From an uncultured delta proteobacterium (GTDB lineage Bacteria; Desulfobacterota; Desulfobaccia; Desulfobaccales; 0-14-0-80-60-11): 64,000 nucleotides of DNA. The stretch is taken from positions 416,001-480,000 of the forward strand of contig CAWETI010000002.1 in assembly GCA_963812015.1 (NCBI GenBank), read 5' to 3'. The position numbers and the translations under genes were made by a program. The notes beneath the pieces are model-generated. The model had not been told where the DNA came from, made no database searches, and saw only the letters and a program-made list of their open reading frames with translations. Positions 42,319 through 52,376 of the stretch are shown here, piece by piece. Position 1 is the first letter of the stretch; each line of letters opens with the position of its first letter.

Positions 42319-43434
42319 ATGAGCAGCGCTCTATTTTCGCCGATCACCTTGAGGAAGTTGACCTTGGCCAACCGCATCGTGGTCTCCCCCATGTGCCAGT
42401 ATTCCGCCAGGGACGGCAGCGCCAATGACTGGCATCTCATGCATCTGGGCCAATTCAGCGTTGCAGGTCCGGGCCTGGTGATCATGGAAGCCACGGCGGT
42501 GGAACCCCGGGGCCGTATCACTTACGGCGACCTGGGATTATATTCGGATGATAATGAAGCGGCTTTGGCTCGGATTGTGGCATTTTTCCGGGAGTACGGC
42601 GAGGCCAAACTCGGCATTCAACTGGCCCACGCCGGGCGCAAGGCCTCGGACCACCTTCCCTGGGAGGAACACGGCCGGCCCCTGGCCCCGGATGAAGGGG
42701 CCTGGGCCACGTTGGGGCCATCCGCGATGAGCTATGGGGAAGCCTGGCCGCCTCCTCAGGCCCTGGACCTGGAGGGCCTTTCGGCAGTCAAGCAGGCCTT
42801 TGTCGAATCCACCCGGCGAGCCGCCCGCTTAGACTTTGACCTGGTGGAGCTGCACGCCGCCCATGGTTATCTCCTGCACGAGTTTTTGTCGCCTCTGAGC
42901 AACCAGCGCACCGACAATTATGGAGGGAACCTGGAAAACCGTATGCGCTTCCCCTTGGAGGTCTTTGCAGCACTGCGGGCGGTCTGGCCGGAAGCGAAGC
43001 CCTTGGGAGTGCGGATATCTGCGACGGATTATGCCGAGGGCGGCTGGAGTGTGGAGGATTCCCTGGTGTTTGCCGCCGCCCTCCAGGCACGGGGCTGCGA
43101 TTATATCGATGTGTCCGGTGGCGGGCTGGTCCCCTGGCAAACCCTGGCAGTAGGACCAGGCTACCAGGTGCCATTCGCGGCCCGCATCCGGCAGGAAGTG
43201 AGGATCATCACCATGGCGGTGGGTATGATCAATCAAGCCAGCCAGGCGGAAGAGATTATCGCCCGGGGGCAGGCCGACCTGGTGGCTCTGGCCCGGGGCA
43301 TGCTTTATGACCCCCGCTGGACCTGGCATGCCGCCGAAGAACTCTGGGTGGACCTGGAGTACCCGCCCCAGTATCGGCGCTGCCACCCCTCCCGTTGGCC
43401 CCAAGCCTTCCCCCATCGGCAAGCGGTGGAATGA
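42319..43434 (+). CDS. NADH:flavin oxidoreductase (Old Yellow Enzyme, YqjM/XenA-like)
   Basis: NRIVVSPMCQYSA, IQLAHAGRKAS, ELHAAHGYLLHEFLSP, RTDNYGG. Confidence 0.95.
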   Translation: MSSALFSPITLRKLTLANRIVVSPMCQYSARDGSANDWHLMHLGQFSVAGPGLVIMEATAVEPRGRITYGDLGLYSDDNEAALARIVAFFREYGEAKLGIQLAHAGRKASDHLPWEEHGRPLAPDEGAWATLGPSAMSYGEAWPPPQALDLEGLSAVKQAFVESTRRAARLDFDLVELHAAHGYLLHEFLSPLSNQRTDNYGGNLENRMRFPLEVFAALRAVWPEAKPLGVRISATDYAEGGWSVEDSLVFAAALQARGCDYIDVSGGGLVPWQTLAVGPGYQVPFAARIRQEVRIITMAVGMINQASQAEEIIARGQADLVALARGMLYDPRWTWHAAEELWVDLEYPPQYRRCHPSRWPQAFPHRQAVE

Positions 43435-43590
43435 GGATCTGAGGGAGGAAGCGAGGGGCGCATAGCACTTCCCCTTACCAAAAGTTCCCTCAGACTTCCT
43501 TCGCAGGGTGTGGTGTATCCAAAATTACAACTTTAAACGCGGCATGAAATTAATTTTTTGCTAAATGATTAGGAGCAAAGGAGGAGAACA

Positions 43591-44277
43591 ATGAAGCTAG
43601 GCAATAGATCATACGCATGCCTTGGGATTCTGGCGTTAGCCCTCTTAGCCCTCATGGCGCAGCCTTTTTTAACGAACTGCGGGGGCTGGGCGCAAGGCAA
43701 GGCTCCCGAGGGTGCCCCTGCCCCGGGCCCCCGGGCAGAAATCAAAGTCCCCTCGGGAACTTTGGATGCCATTACTGCCATCCTCACCCGGCGCAGTATT
43801 CGGGATTATACACCTCACCCGGTCCCCGAAGAGATGGTCAAGCTGCTGCTGGAAGCGGGCATGAGTGCCCCTTCGGCCATGGACGAGCGGTCCACGGAGT
43901 TCATCGTGATTAATGACCGCAAAATCTTGGACGAAATTCATAAATTCAATCCCAAGCGCTTGCAGCTCAAGAAGGCCACGGTGGCCATCCTAGTGTGTGG
44001 CAACCAGGCCAAAGAGAAGAATAAAGGGCAGGGGTTTTGGCAGCTGGATGGAGCGGTGGCTTCTGAGAACATCCTCATCGCCGCCAACGCCCTGGGCCTG
44101 GGGGCGGTATGGACCGCGATTTATCCGTTCCAGGACCGGATCCCCAAGGTGCAGAAGATGCTGAATCTGCCGGAACAGGTCATCCCCTTGAACATCATTC
44201 CCATCGGATACCTGGCGGAGATGAAGATGCGGGAGAACCGCTATGACGCGTCCCGGGTGCATACCAATGGCTGGTAG
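43591..44277 (+). CDS. Nitroreductase family protein with N-terminal signal/TM
   Basis: AILTRRSIRDY, APSA, ENILIAANALGLGAVW. Confidence 0.9.
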   Translation: MKLGNRSYACLGILALALLALMAQPFLTNCGGWAQGKAPEGAPAPGPRAEIKVPSGTLDAITAILTRRSIRDYTPHPVPEEMVKLLLEAGMSAPSAMDERSTEFIVINDRKILDEIHKFNPKRLQLKKATVAILVCGNQAKEKNKGQGFWQLDGAVASENILIAANALGLGAVWTAIYPFQDRIPKVQKMLNLPEQVIPLNIIPIGYLAEMKMRENRYDASRVHTNGW

Positions 44278-44366
44278 CCAGGTGCCACATAATCTCGGAT
44301 AATGATTAGTTGATATGCTGCTTATATCAAGCCGATCGGCAAGAGCGAAGGATGGAGGGATGACTT

Positions 44367-45017
44367 ATGAAGGTCATGGCAATTAACGGCAGCCCCAGAA
44401 AAACCTGGAATACGGCCACCCTGCTCAAAAAAGCTCTTAAAGGAGCTGCCTCTCAGGGTGCTGCAACCGAACTCATCTATCTGTATGATCTCAATTTTAA
44501 GGGGTGCATCAGCTGTTTTGCCTGCAAAACCAAAGGCAGCAAAAGTTACGGCAGGTGTGTCGTCAAGGATGATCTGCGGCCCATCTTTAAAAAAATTGAG
44601 GTGGCCGATGCGCTGATTTTGGGCTCCCCCATCTATTTCGGCATCGTTTCCGGAGAGATGCGATCGTTTATGGAGCGTTTGCTCTTTCCCTATTTCACCT
44701 ATACCGATCCCCCGCAGTCGCTTTTTCTCAAAAATATACCCACCGGGTTTATCTATACGATGGGTGTCACGGAAGAGCAGATGAAAGAATGGGGATATCA
44801 GCAGTTCTTTGATAACAATCAAAGGCTGTTGCAGATGGTGTTCGGCGCTTCAGAGTCTCTCTGCAGTTTTGATACTTACCAGTTCAAGGATTACAGCAAA
44901 GTAGTAGCGGACCGCTTTGATCCGGAGCAGAAGGCCAAGAGGCGCCAGGAGGTCTTTCCCAAGGATTGCGAGAAGGCCTTTGCCATGGGGGCAAGATTTG
45001 TCAAGAAACCCAAATAG
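44367..45017 (+). CDS. Flavodoxin-fold iron-sulfur flavoprotein / NADPH-FMN reductase
   Basis: INGSPRK..NT, CISCFAC...C, GSPIYF. Confidence 0.88.
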   Translation: MKVMAINGSPRKTWNTATLLKKALKGAASQGAATELIYLYDLNFKGCISCFACKTKGSKSYGRCVVKDDLRPIFKKIEVADALILGSPIYFGIVSGEMRSFMERLLFPYFTYTDPPQSLFLKNIPTGFIYTMGVTEEQMKEWGYQQFFDNNQRLLQMVFGASESLCSFDTYQFKDYSKVVADRFDPEQKAKRRQEVFPKDCEKAFAMGARFVKKPK

Positions 45018-45154
45018 ATAATGGGGTTATGGATAAAGGAAGGTGGTCAGATGCTCTTTCAATAAACCTTTTTCGAGCCTTCTCCGATTATGTATATCCT
45101 TAAATAGCGTTGATAGTTTTCTAAATGGGGCTTAGGCTTCAAGGACGTTCCCCC

Positions 45155-45287
45155 GCTGTCGGCTGGCGATCATTGGAAATTGGGCCGATCCAAGGGCCAT
45201 ACGTTGGTGTTTTAGTCATTGCCACCATCAACTTGAACGCCGACTGGCCTTGTACCGTCAGATACCAGAAACAATCAAAGCCGACCG
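45155..45287 (+). repeat. Island repeat family, copy C (partial)
   Basis: GTCGGCTGGCGATC.TT.GAAATTGG...GCC.CCATCAAC.TGAACGCC...ACCGTCAGA...AGAA...AGCC.ACC shared with A and B. Confidence 0.8.
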
Positions 45288-45318
45288 GTCGTTTCAGCTT
45301 TCCGATGATCCAAGCATT

Positions 45319-47490
45319 CTACAAACTCAACCTATTCCGCAGATACGTATAGCGCTTTCTCGTCTTGTCATTCCCGATCCCTATGGCCAAGGCCCTTTTG
45401 GAACCCACCATGACCACCAATTTCTTTCCCCTGGTAACCGCCGTATAAATCAGATTGCGCTGCAGGAGCACATAATGTTGGGTCAGAATAGGAATAACCA
45501 CGGCCGGGTATTCGGAGCCCTGGGATTTGTGGATGGAGATGGCGTAGGCCAGGACAACCTCATCCAAGTCGGGGTAATCATATGGCACTTTTTTGCCATC
45601 GAAGTCGATGTTCACTTCCTGGGCCTCAAGGTCAATCCTGCCGATCCTGCCGAGATCACCGTTAAAGACTTCCTTCTCATAATCGTTCTGGATCTGCATG
45701 ACCTTGTCGTTGATCCGGAAATTCTTGCCACCCCGGGATAGACTGTCTGGTCCCGGGTTAAGGGCATTTTGCAGTTCCAGATTGAGGTTTTCCGCCCCAA
45801 CCATCCCTTTGTGCATGGGGGTGAGCACCTGGATGTCGTTAATGGGATCAAACCCAAATCGCTTTGGAAAACGTTCCTTGACCAGCTCCAATATAATGCC
45901 GAGGACTTTTTCAGATTCTTCCTGCTCGATAAAATAAAAATCTGCCAGTTTATGGCCGGAAGGTTTAAATGCAGGCATCAGACCCTGGTTGATCTTGTGG
46001 GCATTAACGATGATCAAGCTCTCCCTGGCTTGGCGGAAGATCTCATTTAATTCCATGACTGGCACGGCCCCGGAGGCAATGATGTCATGGAGTACATTGC
46101 CGGCACCAACCGAGGGCAGCTGATTGACATCACCCACCAGGATAAAGGTAGCCCTGGGTGGAATGGCTTTCAGGAGGTGATGCATCAGGATGGTGTCGAT
46201 CATGGAGGCTTCATCTACAATCAGGAGATCACACCTCAAAGGGGTCTGATCGTTTTTCTGAAAGCCTCCTTTCTGGATACTGTATTCCAGCAAGCGGTGG
46301 ATGGCCTTGGCCTCGTAACCGGTAGCCTCGCTCATCCGTTTCGCGGCTCTGCCCGTAGGAGCAGCCAGCAATAATTTGACCCCACTTTTGACAAAGATTT
46401 TCAGAATGGCATTGACAATGGTCGTTTTCCCGGTGCCAGGCCCGCCGGTGATGACCAAGACTTTATCCGTAACAGCCCGCCTTACTGCGTCTACCTGCTT
46501 GGATGCCAAGGTGATATCCAACTGTTGTTGTACCCATTTGAGTGCCTTGTCGGGGTCGATGGGCCTGATGGACTTTGGGGCGTTAATCAAGGCCTTCAAC
46601 CGGGCGGCGATGTTGGTTTCGCTTAAATGGAATTTTGCCAGGTAAACCGCTTGGTAATCAGCTTTAGATTCCTGCCCCTGAAGGTCATCGATCACTATCT
46701 TTTTCTCTGCATTTAAAGAGGTTAAAGCCCTTGACAGGACCTCCTGGTCAGCCTCCAGGATCTCCTGGCACTTATTGACGAGGGCTTGGAAAGGATAATA
46801 GACATGGCCTTCATCGGCAAGTTGATGGAAAACATAGAGGATGCCTGCTTCCGCTCGGAGTTCTGAGTCTTTGGCAAACCCCAACTTTTCGGCAATTCGG
46901 TCAGCGGTGAGGAAGCCGATGCCAAAAATATCCGTGGCCAGGCGGTAAGGATTCTCTTGAACAACCTCGATGGACTCGTTGCCGTAAGTCTTGAAAATCT
47001 TGGTGGCATAAGCGGAACTGACCCCATGGGACTGGAGGAAGATCATTACCTGGCGGATCTCCTTCTGATCGGCCCAGGCTTTTTTGATCATCTCAATCCG
47101 TTTTCTGCCAATGCCCTCGATTTCAGTGAGCTTTTCGACCTCCAGTTCTATGACGTCAAGGGTCTCTGTCTCGAATTTCTTGACGATCCGCTTGGCCATG
47201 ACCGGCCCGATGCCCTTGATAAGCCCGGACCCCAGATATTTTTCAATGCCAGCCACTGAGGCCGGCACCAGGGATTTGTAATGGACGACCTTGAATTGCT
47301 CACCAAATTTTGGATGATTAGCCCACTCCCCCTGCATCTTTAAAATTTCGCCAGGCATTGGGGCCATGAAGTTCCCCACCACGGTCACCAGATCCCGGCG
47401 GCCATAAACCTTGATCTTGGCGATAGTATAGCCGTTCTCTTCATTGGTATAGGTGATCCTTTCGATTTGGCCCTGGAGGTCGGCGAGCAT
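45319..47490 (-). CDS. recD2: ATP-dependent RecD-like (RecD2) SF1B helicase
   Basis: YLGSGLIKGIG HhH, ENPYRL, GGPGTGKTT, DEASM, GDVNQLPSVGAG, HKSQGSEY. Confidence 0.95.
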   Translation of the reverse strand: MLADLQGQIERITYTNEENGYTIAKIKVYGRRDLVTVVGNFMAPMPGEILKMQGEWANHPKFGEQFKVVHYKSLVPASVAGIEKYLGSGLIKGIGPVMAKRIVKKFETETLDVIELEVEKLTEIEGIGRKRIEMIKKAWADQKEIRQVMIFLQSHGVSSAYATKIFKTYGNESIEVVQENPYRLATDIFGIGFLTADRIAEKLGFAKDSELRAEAGILYVFHQLADEGHVYYPFQALVNKCQEILEADQEVLSRALTSLNAEKKIVIDDLQGQESKADYQAVYLAKFHLSETNIAARLKALINAPKSIRPIDPDKALKWVQQQLDITLASKQVDAVRRAVTDKVLVITGGPGTGKTTIVNAILKIFVKSGVKLLLAAPTGRAAKRMSEATGYEAKAIHRLLEYSIQKGGFQKNDQTPLRCDLLIVDEASMIDTILMHHLLKAIPPRATFILVGDVNQLPSVGAGNVLHDIIASGAVPVMELNEIFRQARESLIIVNAHKINQGLMPAFKPSGHKLADFYFIEQEESEKVLGIILELVKERFPKRFGFDPINDIQVLTPMHKGMVGAENLNLELQNALNPGPDSLSRGGKNFRINDKVMQIQNDYEKEVFNGDLGRIGRIDLEAQEVNIDFDGKKVPYDYPDLDEVVLAYAISIHKSQGSEYPAVVIPILTQHYVLLQRNLIYTAVTRGKKLVVMVGSKRALAIGIGNDKTRKRYTYLRNRLSL

Positions 47491-47687
47491 CTTTTCAAAC
47501 CTGTATGTTTGACTGTTATGGGAATACCTATACCATAAAATAGCCTGAGGCAGATGCCGCGATCTGCCCAATTTAAGATAGGTCATTAGGCTCAGAGGAG
47601 TTATCTTTTCCTGCTCAATCTGTTATATTCCCAGGCGGTCACCACTTAGCTCTAGCCAAACTATTCATGCCGGAAGAGAGGTAAATC

Positions 47688-47975
47688 ATGGCGCTCACCA
47701 AAGATAAATTAGTAATCCGTCTGCAGATTCAACTGGGCTTAACCAAGCCGGAATCTCGTCAGATGGTGGAACGGCTTTTCGGCTTAATAAAAGACACCCT
47801 CACCAATGGAGAAGATTTGCTCGTCAGCGGTTTTGGGAAATTCGTGGTCAGACAGAAATATGAGCGTCGGGGGCGAAACCCTCAAACGAAGGAGAGTCTG
47901 ATCCTGCCAGCGAGGAAGGTTCTGGTGTTTAAGACATCTGGAGTTTTGCGGGAGAGGATCAACGAAGGTTCTTAA
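47688..47975 (+). CDS. ihfA: Integration host factor alpha-like (IHF/HU family)
   Basis: MALTK, SGFGKF, RRGRNPQT, VLVFK.S..LR. Confidence 0.88.
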   Translation: MALTKDKLVIRLQIQLGLTKPESRQMVERLFGLIKDTLTNGEDLLVSGFGKFVVRQKYERRGRNPQTKESLILPARKVLVFKTSGVLRERINEGS

Positions 47976-48017
47976 ATCTCCATAATTTTCCCTGAAGTGG
48001 TGCCCCGTAGATTGCTA

Positions 48018-48316
48018 AAAGGCCCTGAAACGACTCCCAAAGGCATCAAGAACCCTCAACCCTACCCTGACCATGAGTCGGCGGGCGATCGTTAAAATTT
48101 AGGCCAAAAAAAGGACCGTACCTGGTGTTTTTGGCCACTGCCGCCATCAACCTGAACGCCGCCTATCCCTAAACCGTCAGAAACCAGAATAAATATTGAA
48201 GCCAACCTAAAGGGGACCAGGTTTAGTGTGGAACTATGAGCGCATGACCCGTTTTGATATGGCGATCATATCTTCATCTCTCTGGAATTTTTGAGAAGCT
48301 TTGCTAGTGGCAAGCT
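48018..48316 (+). repeat. Island repeat family, copy B (left arm, core and right arm)
   Basis: Shares its left arm with A and C, AGCCAACCTAAAGGGGACCAGGTTTAGTGTGG (48200-48231) with A, and its right arm with E. Confidence 0.85.
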
Positions 48317-48656
48317 AGCTTCTATCTTTACTTCCCCTTTTCCTACGCGAGATTATCGTCTTGTATAAGCATATAAGGGGTTGAGACATTGGCTCATACC
48401 TTTGCCCGCTATTAATATGTGCATGTCGCCTAAGCTTTTCCTCCGGTGCACGATTACCGGCCGAATGCTGGCCATGTCTTCTATGCCTGGAATTTTTAGA
48501 AAAAGTGATTACAGTTAATCTGCCTCCCAGAGAAGGACTCCCTTGGCAAAGAGGATCGTTTTAGCGTTTAGATTTGGAGAGAGAGGTCTACAAAATCATT
48601 TTTTAACTGCGGTGACTAAATCTGCCGCATAATATCGCACTATAAGGAGATGAGCA

Positions 48657-49124
48657 ATGAAAAGATTATTGTTTATAGCTTTTATGTTTTTATTATTAAA
48701 TATATTGCCTCCTTTCCAACTCGCAGCTACGGAATTTTCAAGCGGCGGGACCATTTTTGTCCCTGTGTATCGGGGGTTCTATCAATTTTACGGTTCTACA
48801 AGGGATTCTTATGCCCTCACTGGTACCGCCTTTTTCTATAATATCGATGCCAAACAGGCAATTGAAGTTCTTTCCATCGATTTTTATGACTCGTCGGGTA
48901 AACTGCTTAAAAAATTGCTCGATGGCTCCCTCTTGATCAGACCCCAAAATAGTAGGGAGATTACTATCGAACCCAGGACTGAGCCAGAGGAATGCGGAGC
49001 CCACCTCATAGTTCGCTGGAAATCAGACCAACCTGCTAATACCCCCATGGTAGAAGTGTTAATGGTGGGACAAGTGTTGAATCGCGGCGTTTCTTTTTTA
49101 ACCCGAGGCTACGAGCTCAAATAA
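48657..49124 (+). CDS. DUF3124-family exported protein
   Basis: G.TIFVPVY, DFYDSSGKLL, GA..IVRWK, P.VE.LM.G, GVSF; AAGGAG RBS. Confidence 0.75.
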   Translation: MKRLLFIAFMFLLLNILPPFQLAATEFSSGGTIFVPVYRGFYQFYGSTRDSYALTGTAFFYNIDAKQAIEVLSIDFYDSSGKLLKKLLDGSLLIRPQNSREITIEPRTEPEECGAHLIVRWKSDQPANTPMVEVLMVGQVLNRGVSFLTRGYELK

Positions 49125-49270
49125 TAATTGGGGTAGTGATTTCGAATGCTAAAAGGGAAATAATTTAATCTTATAAAGCTGTTAAGAATTCAACCTATCC
49201 TTACCATGGGTTCCTTGGAGCGTAGGATCTCGCGGCGGGCCTGTTTGGCATCCTCGTTCTAACTTAGGGC

Positions 49271-49430
49271 CTATCCCTGGCTGCGGCGCAGCTCCTCAGC
49301 GCGCCCTTGCATGGCTTCGGTGGCCTTGAAGCCGCGCCGGCGCTCAAGGGAAAGGGAGTTTACCATCTTGGCGAAGCCGGAGAGGAAAACCAGAATGCTG
49401 GGCAACTTGGCCTCGGATATGACCGGACTT
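49271..49430 (-). pseudogene. Fragment resembling the end of a PocR-like sensory domain
   Basis: PVISEAKLPSILVFLSGFAKMVNSLSLE; resemblance only. Confidence 0.3.
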
Positions 49431-49683
49431 CCTGAATGGCGCCCAGGTAATCGGTCTTTTTGCCCTGATAGCTCCCTGCCATTCCCGCTGGTAACCTGGG
49501 GTTCATCTATCACCGACATCTGAAATCATCCTCTTCACAGATGTCCACGCCAGATAAGAAGATCATATCTGCAGTTTTCTCTGGCTCGGGAATAAGTGAA
49601 GGTCCTGGCAAGGTATATTCACTCGGCAAACAAGGCAGGGCCATGGAGGACTCTGCCTTGTTTGCCTTCGGAGTTAAGAATGG

Positions 49684-49764
49684 TTAACCTTTCCTGAACT
49701 TCCTCCAGCCAGCCAATCCCAGGAGGCCGGAGCCGAAAAGGACGAATCCGGGGGGTAACAGCAC
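49684..49764 (-). pseudogene. Orphan PEP-CTERM/VPLPA-CTERM-type sorting tail
   Basis: VLLPPGFVLFGSGLLGLAGWRKFRKG*: Pro motif, TM helix and basic tail, with no convincing upstream protein body. Confidence 0.6.
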
Positions 49765-50100
49765 GATCTCGGAGGTTGACTCGGATAGGATCATGACGGA
49801 GCCACTCCACGCGGCGTGCTCGTCCGGCGTGAAGGCCGAGGCCACTGGGGCGACCGGTAACGGCTGTGGTGGGATCAAGGCCCATCCGCGATTGGGCTTT
49901 TAGGGCAAATCCGGGTCCTTAGAGGATTGGAGGTAGAATTGCTTTTCTTCTTCGGCTTGAATTTTTAAATTATCTAAACACCCTTATGTTGAAATAATAA
50001 AAAAGATATCTAATATTAGGAAAGACAATACTTTCTATTATCTCAGCTTTTGTGCCATTTTGCATCCCTGAAGCACCGATCTGAAAAGGAGGGCATGAAG

Positions 50101-52317
50101 ATGCGGTCTGGAAAGCAGTTGTTCCTCGGGTTTACTCTGCTTCTTCTTATACCCCTTTGGTTCACATTCGTCAGCTTAGCCATAACTGATCAACAATATG
50201 AAATCATGGGATTGATTGCGGTTTTAGAAAATCCGAACTCTTCCTATAAAGATAGGGAAGCCGTTATAGACAGATTGCAGGATATTGGCCAACCGGCCGT
50301 TCCTGCCCTCATCAAGGTTCTGAAGAATAAAGATACTAATATCGATCATAGGAGGGCAGCTGCTGGTGCCTTGGGACATATAGGTCCGGCGGCCAAAGAA
50401 GGGATTCCCACACTCATCACAGCCCTGTGGGATAGGGACTCGGGGCTTCGATATAATGCTGCCCTTGCCCTGGGACGAATGGGTCCGGCGGCAAAAGAGG
50501 CAATTCCGGCATTAGTAGCGGCCTTCAAAAATGATTATATAAAGGAACGCGAGGATGTTGCCACTGATCTCTTACAAATAGTGGAATTGGAGAAAAATCT
50601 GAGCAGCGCCGCCTTGAAGGAGAAAATCTCCTTGCTGGAGAATCTCCGAGAAACCATTTTCAAAGACTTCAATGAATCCCCAGAATCCGATGATTACAAA
50701 CAAAAAGAATTGGTGGACAAATTAAACCTGATGCTCAGGACAGTGAAGGCAGAATATGAAATAAAGCCTTCTGTCTTGCGCGAATTGTTTGACGAATACA
50801 AGAGTAAAAGCTGGGCCCGGGCCATGGCCGGTTATGTGGCGTTACTTGTGGTAGTGCTTCCCACATGGCTCCTGCTCTTTTGGCTTAATCCCCTATGGTT
50901 ATATCGGATCAATGAATTGTTATCTCCTCTTAGTATCAAGATTAAGCCTCTTGACCGGCCACTGGGACTAAACCAAATATTAATTCTTTCACCGTTCTAT
51001 TACTGCAACCGGATCCTGGATGCTTGGGTGCAGGACCATCTGAGCAATACGAAGGCAAACTTTGCCGCACTGAAAACCGTCCGGGACAGAGCCGTGCACG
51101 TGCCCGTCCCTGTCACCCTAAACGGCCACATAATGGCCCTGCCATCCCCTAAGGATTTCTGTGAGGTCTTCCGAAAAATTCCGTTCTGTATGCTTATTTG
51201 GGGTGAGGGTGGCTCGGGAAAGACCAGCCTGGCCTGCCAATTGGCCCACTGGGCCTTGGCTGGGGAACCAGAATCAGCCTTAGCCAGACACCCCATGCTT
51301 CCCGTCTTGTTAGAATACGATTTGGGCCAGCATACCCCGCTGGAAGCCATAAGCAAACAGATTGAAATAATGACCGGAGGCGAGAAAATCGCACCATCTT
51401 TGATCGATCACCTGCTCAGGCGGCAGCGCCTCCTGGTGTTCGTGGACCATTATTCGGAAATGAACTTGGAAACTCGGGAGCGCTTACAACCAGGATACGA
51501 TCCCCAACTCCCACTGCACGCTATGATTGTCACTTCACGACAAAAGGAAGAGTTTCGGGGGGTAGTTACCGATACACTCAATCCTTTGCGGATCCGAGGT
51601 AACCGTCTTTCCTCTTTCCTGGAGGCTTATCTAACCCAGCTCGGCAAACGGGAACTCTATGATGACACAGAATTTTTTGCCGCCTGCGGCCGCTTGACCG
51701 AGATGGTGGGCGATCGTAACCTCACCGTCTTGCTGGCCCGGATGTTTGCCGATCAGATGATTGCCACCAAGGAAGATCCTATATTTGAGGGCCTCCCAAA
51801 AAACATCCCCGACCTAATTCTCATTTACCTGAATTGGATAAACCGTCACGAATCTGACAAAAATCCGGGAAATAGGACGGTTCAGCGTATCGCCAAGGCC
51901 ATCTCCTGGGTGAGTCTTGAGCCTACCTTCCGGCCCACAGATGCCAACCTAGCTGCCATTCACACCGCCCTGGCTGATGAACCGAACCTGGACCAGAAAT
52001 TGGACTACCTCAGCCGCGACCTGGGGATTTTCCAGATTGTCGGTCCGTCTGAAGACAAGGTCCGAGTTTCCCTAGACCCCGTGGCCGAGTATTTGGCTGG
52101 CCTATGCCTGTTGGAATTGTATGGCGCCGAGGAGGCACAGTGGCGGGCGTTTCTGGAGGCGGCTGATAACAAGGAAGGCGCCCCCAAATCTATAGAAGGT
52201 TTTCTGCTTGCCTTGCGGGATTGCTGTTTGGCCAAAGGCGAAGACTACAATGTTCCCGGATTTGTGGAGCATGAACTGGCTCAAAAGGCAGGCATTCTTG
52301 ATAGCAAAACCGGCTAA
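50101..52317 (+). CDS. HEAT-repeat + TM + NACHT/STAND-like P-loop NTPase
   Basis: Signal/TM; HEAT repeats (ALG.IGPAAKE.IP.L); central TM; Walker A GEGGSGKTS; Walker B-like LLVFVD; IVTSR. Confidence 0.75.
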   Translation: MRSGKQLFLGFTLLLLIPLWFTFVSLAITDQQYEIMGLIAVLENPNSSYKDREAVIDRLQDIGQPAVPALIKVLKNKDTNIDHRRAAAGALGHIGPAAKEGIPTLITALWDRDSGLRYNAALALGRMGPAAKEAIPALVAAFKNDYIKEREDVATDLLQIVELEKNLSSAALKEKISLLENLRETIFKDFNESPESDDYKQKELVDKLNLMLRTVKAEYEIKPSVLRELFDEYKSKSWARAMAGYVALLVVVLPTWLLLFWLNPLWLYRINELLSPLSIKIKPLDRPLGLNQILILSPFYYCNRILDAWVQDHLSNTKANFAALKTVRDRAVHVPVPVTLNGHIMALPSPKDFCEVFRKIPFCMLIWGEGGSGKTSLACQLAHWALAGEPESALARHPMLPVLLEYDLGQHTPLEAISKQIEIMTGGEKIAPSLIDHLLRRQRLLVFVDHYSEMNLETRERLQPGYDPQLPLHAMIVTSRQKEEFRGVVTDTLNPLRIRGNRLSSFLEAYLTQLGKRELYDDTEFFAACGRLTEMVGDRNLTVLLARMFADQMIATKEDPIFEGLPKNIPDLILIYLNWINRHESDKNPGNRTVQRIAKAISWVSLEPTFRPTDANLAAIHTALADEPNLDQKLDYLSRDLGIFQIVGPSEDKVRVSLDPVAEYLAGLCLLELYGAEEAQWRAFLEAADNKEGAPKSIEGFLLALRDCCLAKGEDYNVPGFVEHELAQKAGILDSKTG

Positions 52318-52376
52318 TTTCGACTAAGTCCCATAGCGAAGCGAAGTACTGCTATAAATCAACTACTCTCAAATCC

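Noticed and set aside
41838..48316. Repeats as integron attC sites or a CRISPR array
   Set aside because: No RYYYAAC...GTTRRRY bottom-strand hairpin of suitable size, no regular repeat-spacer period, and no intI or cas gene in the window
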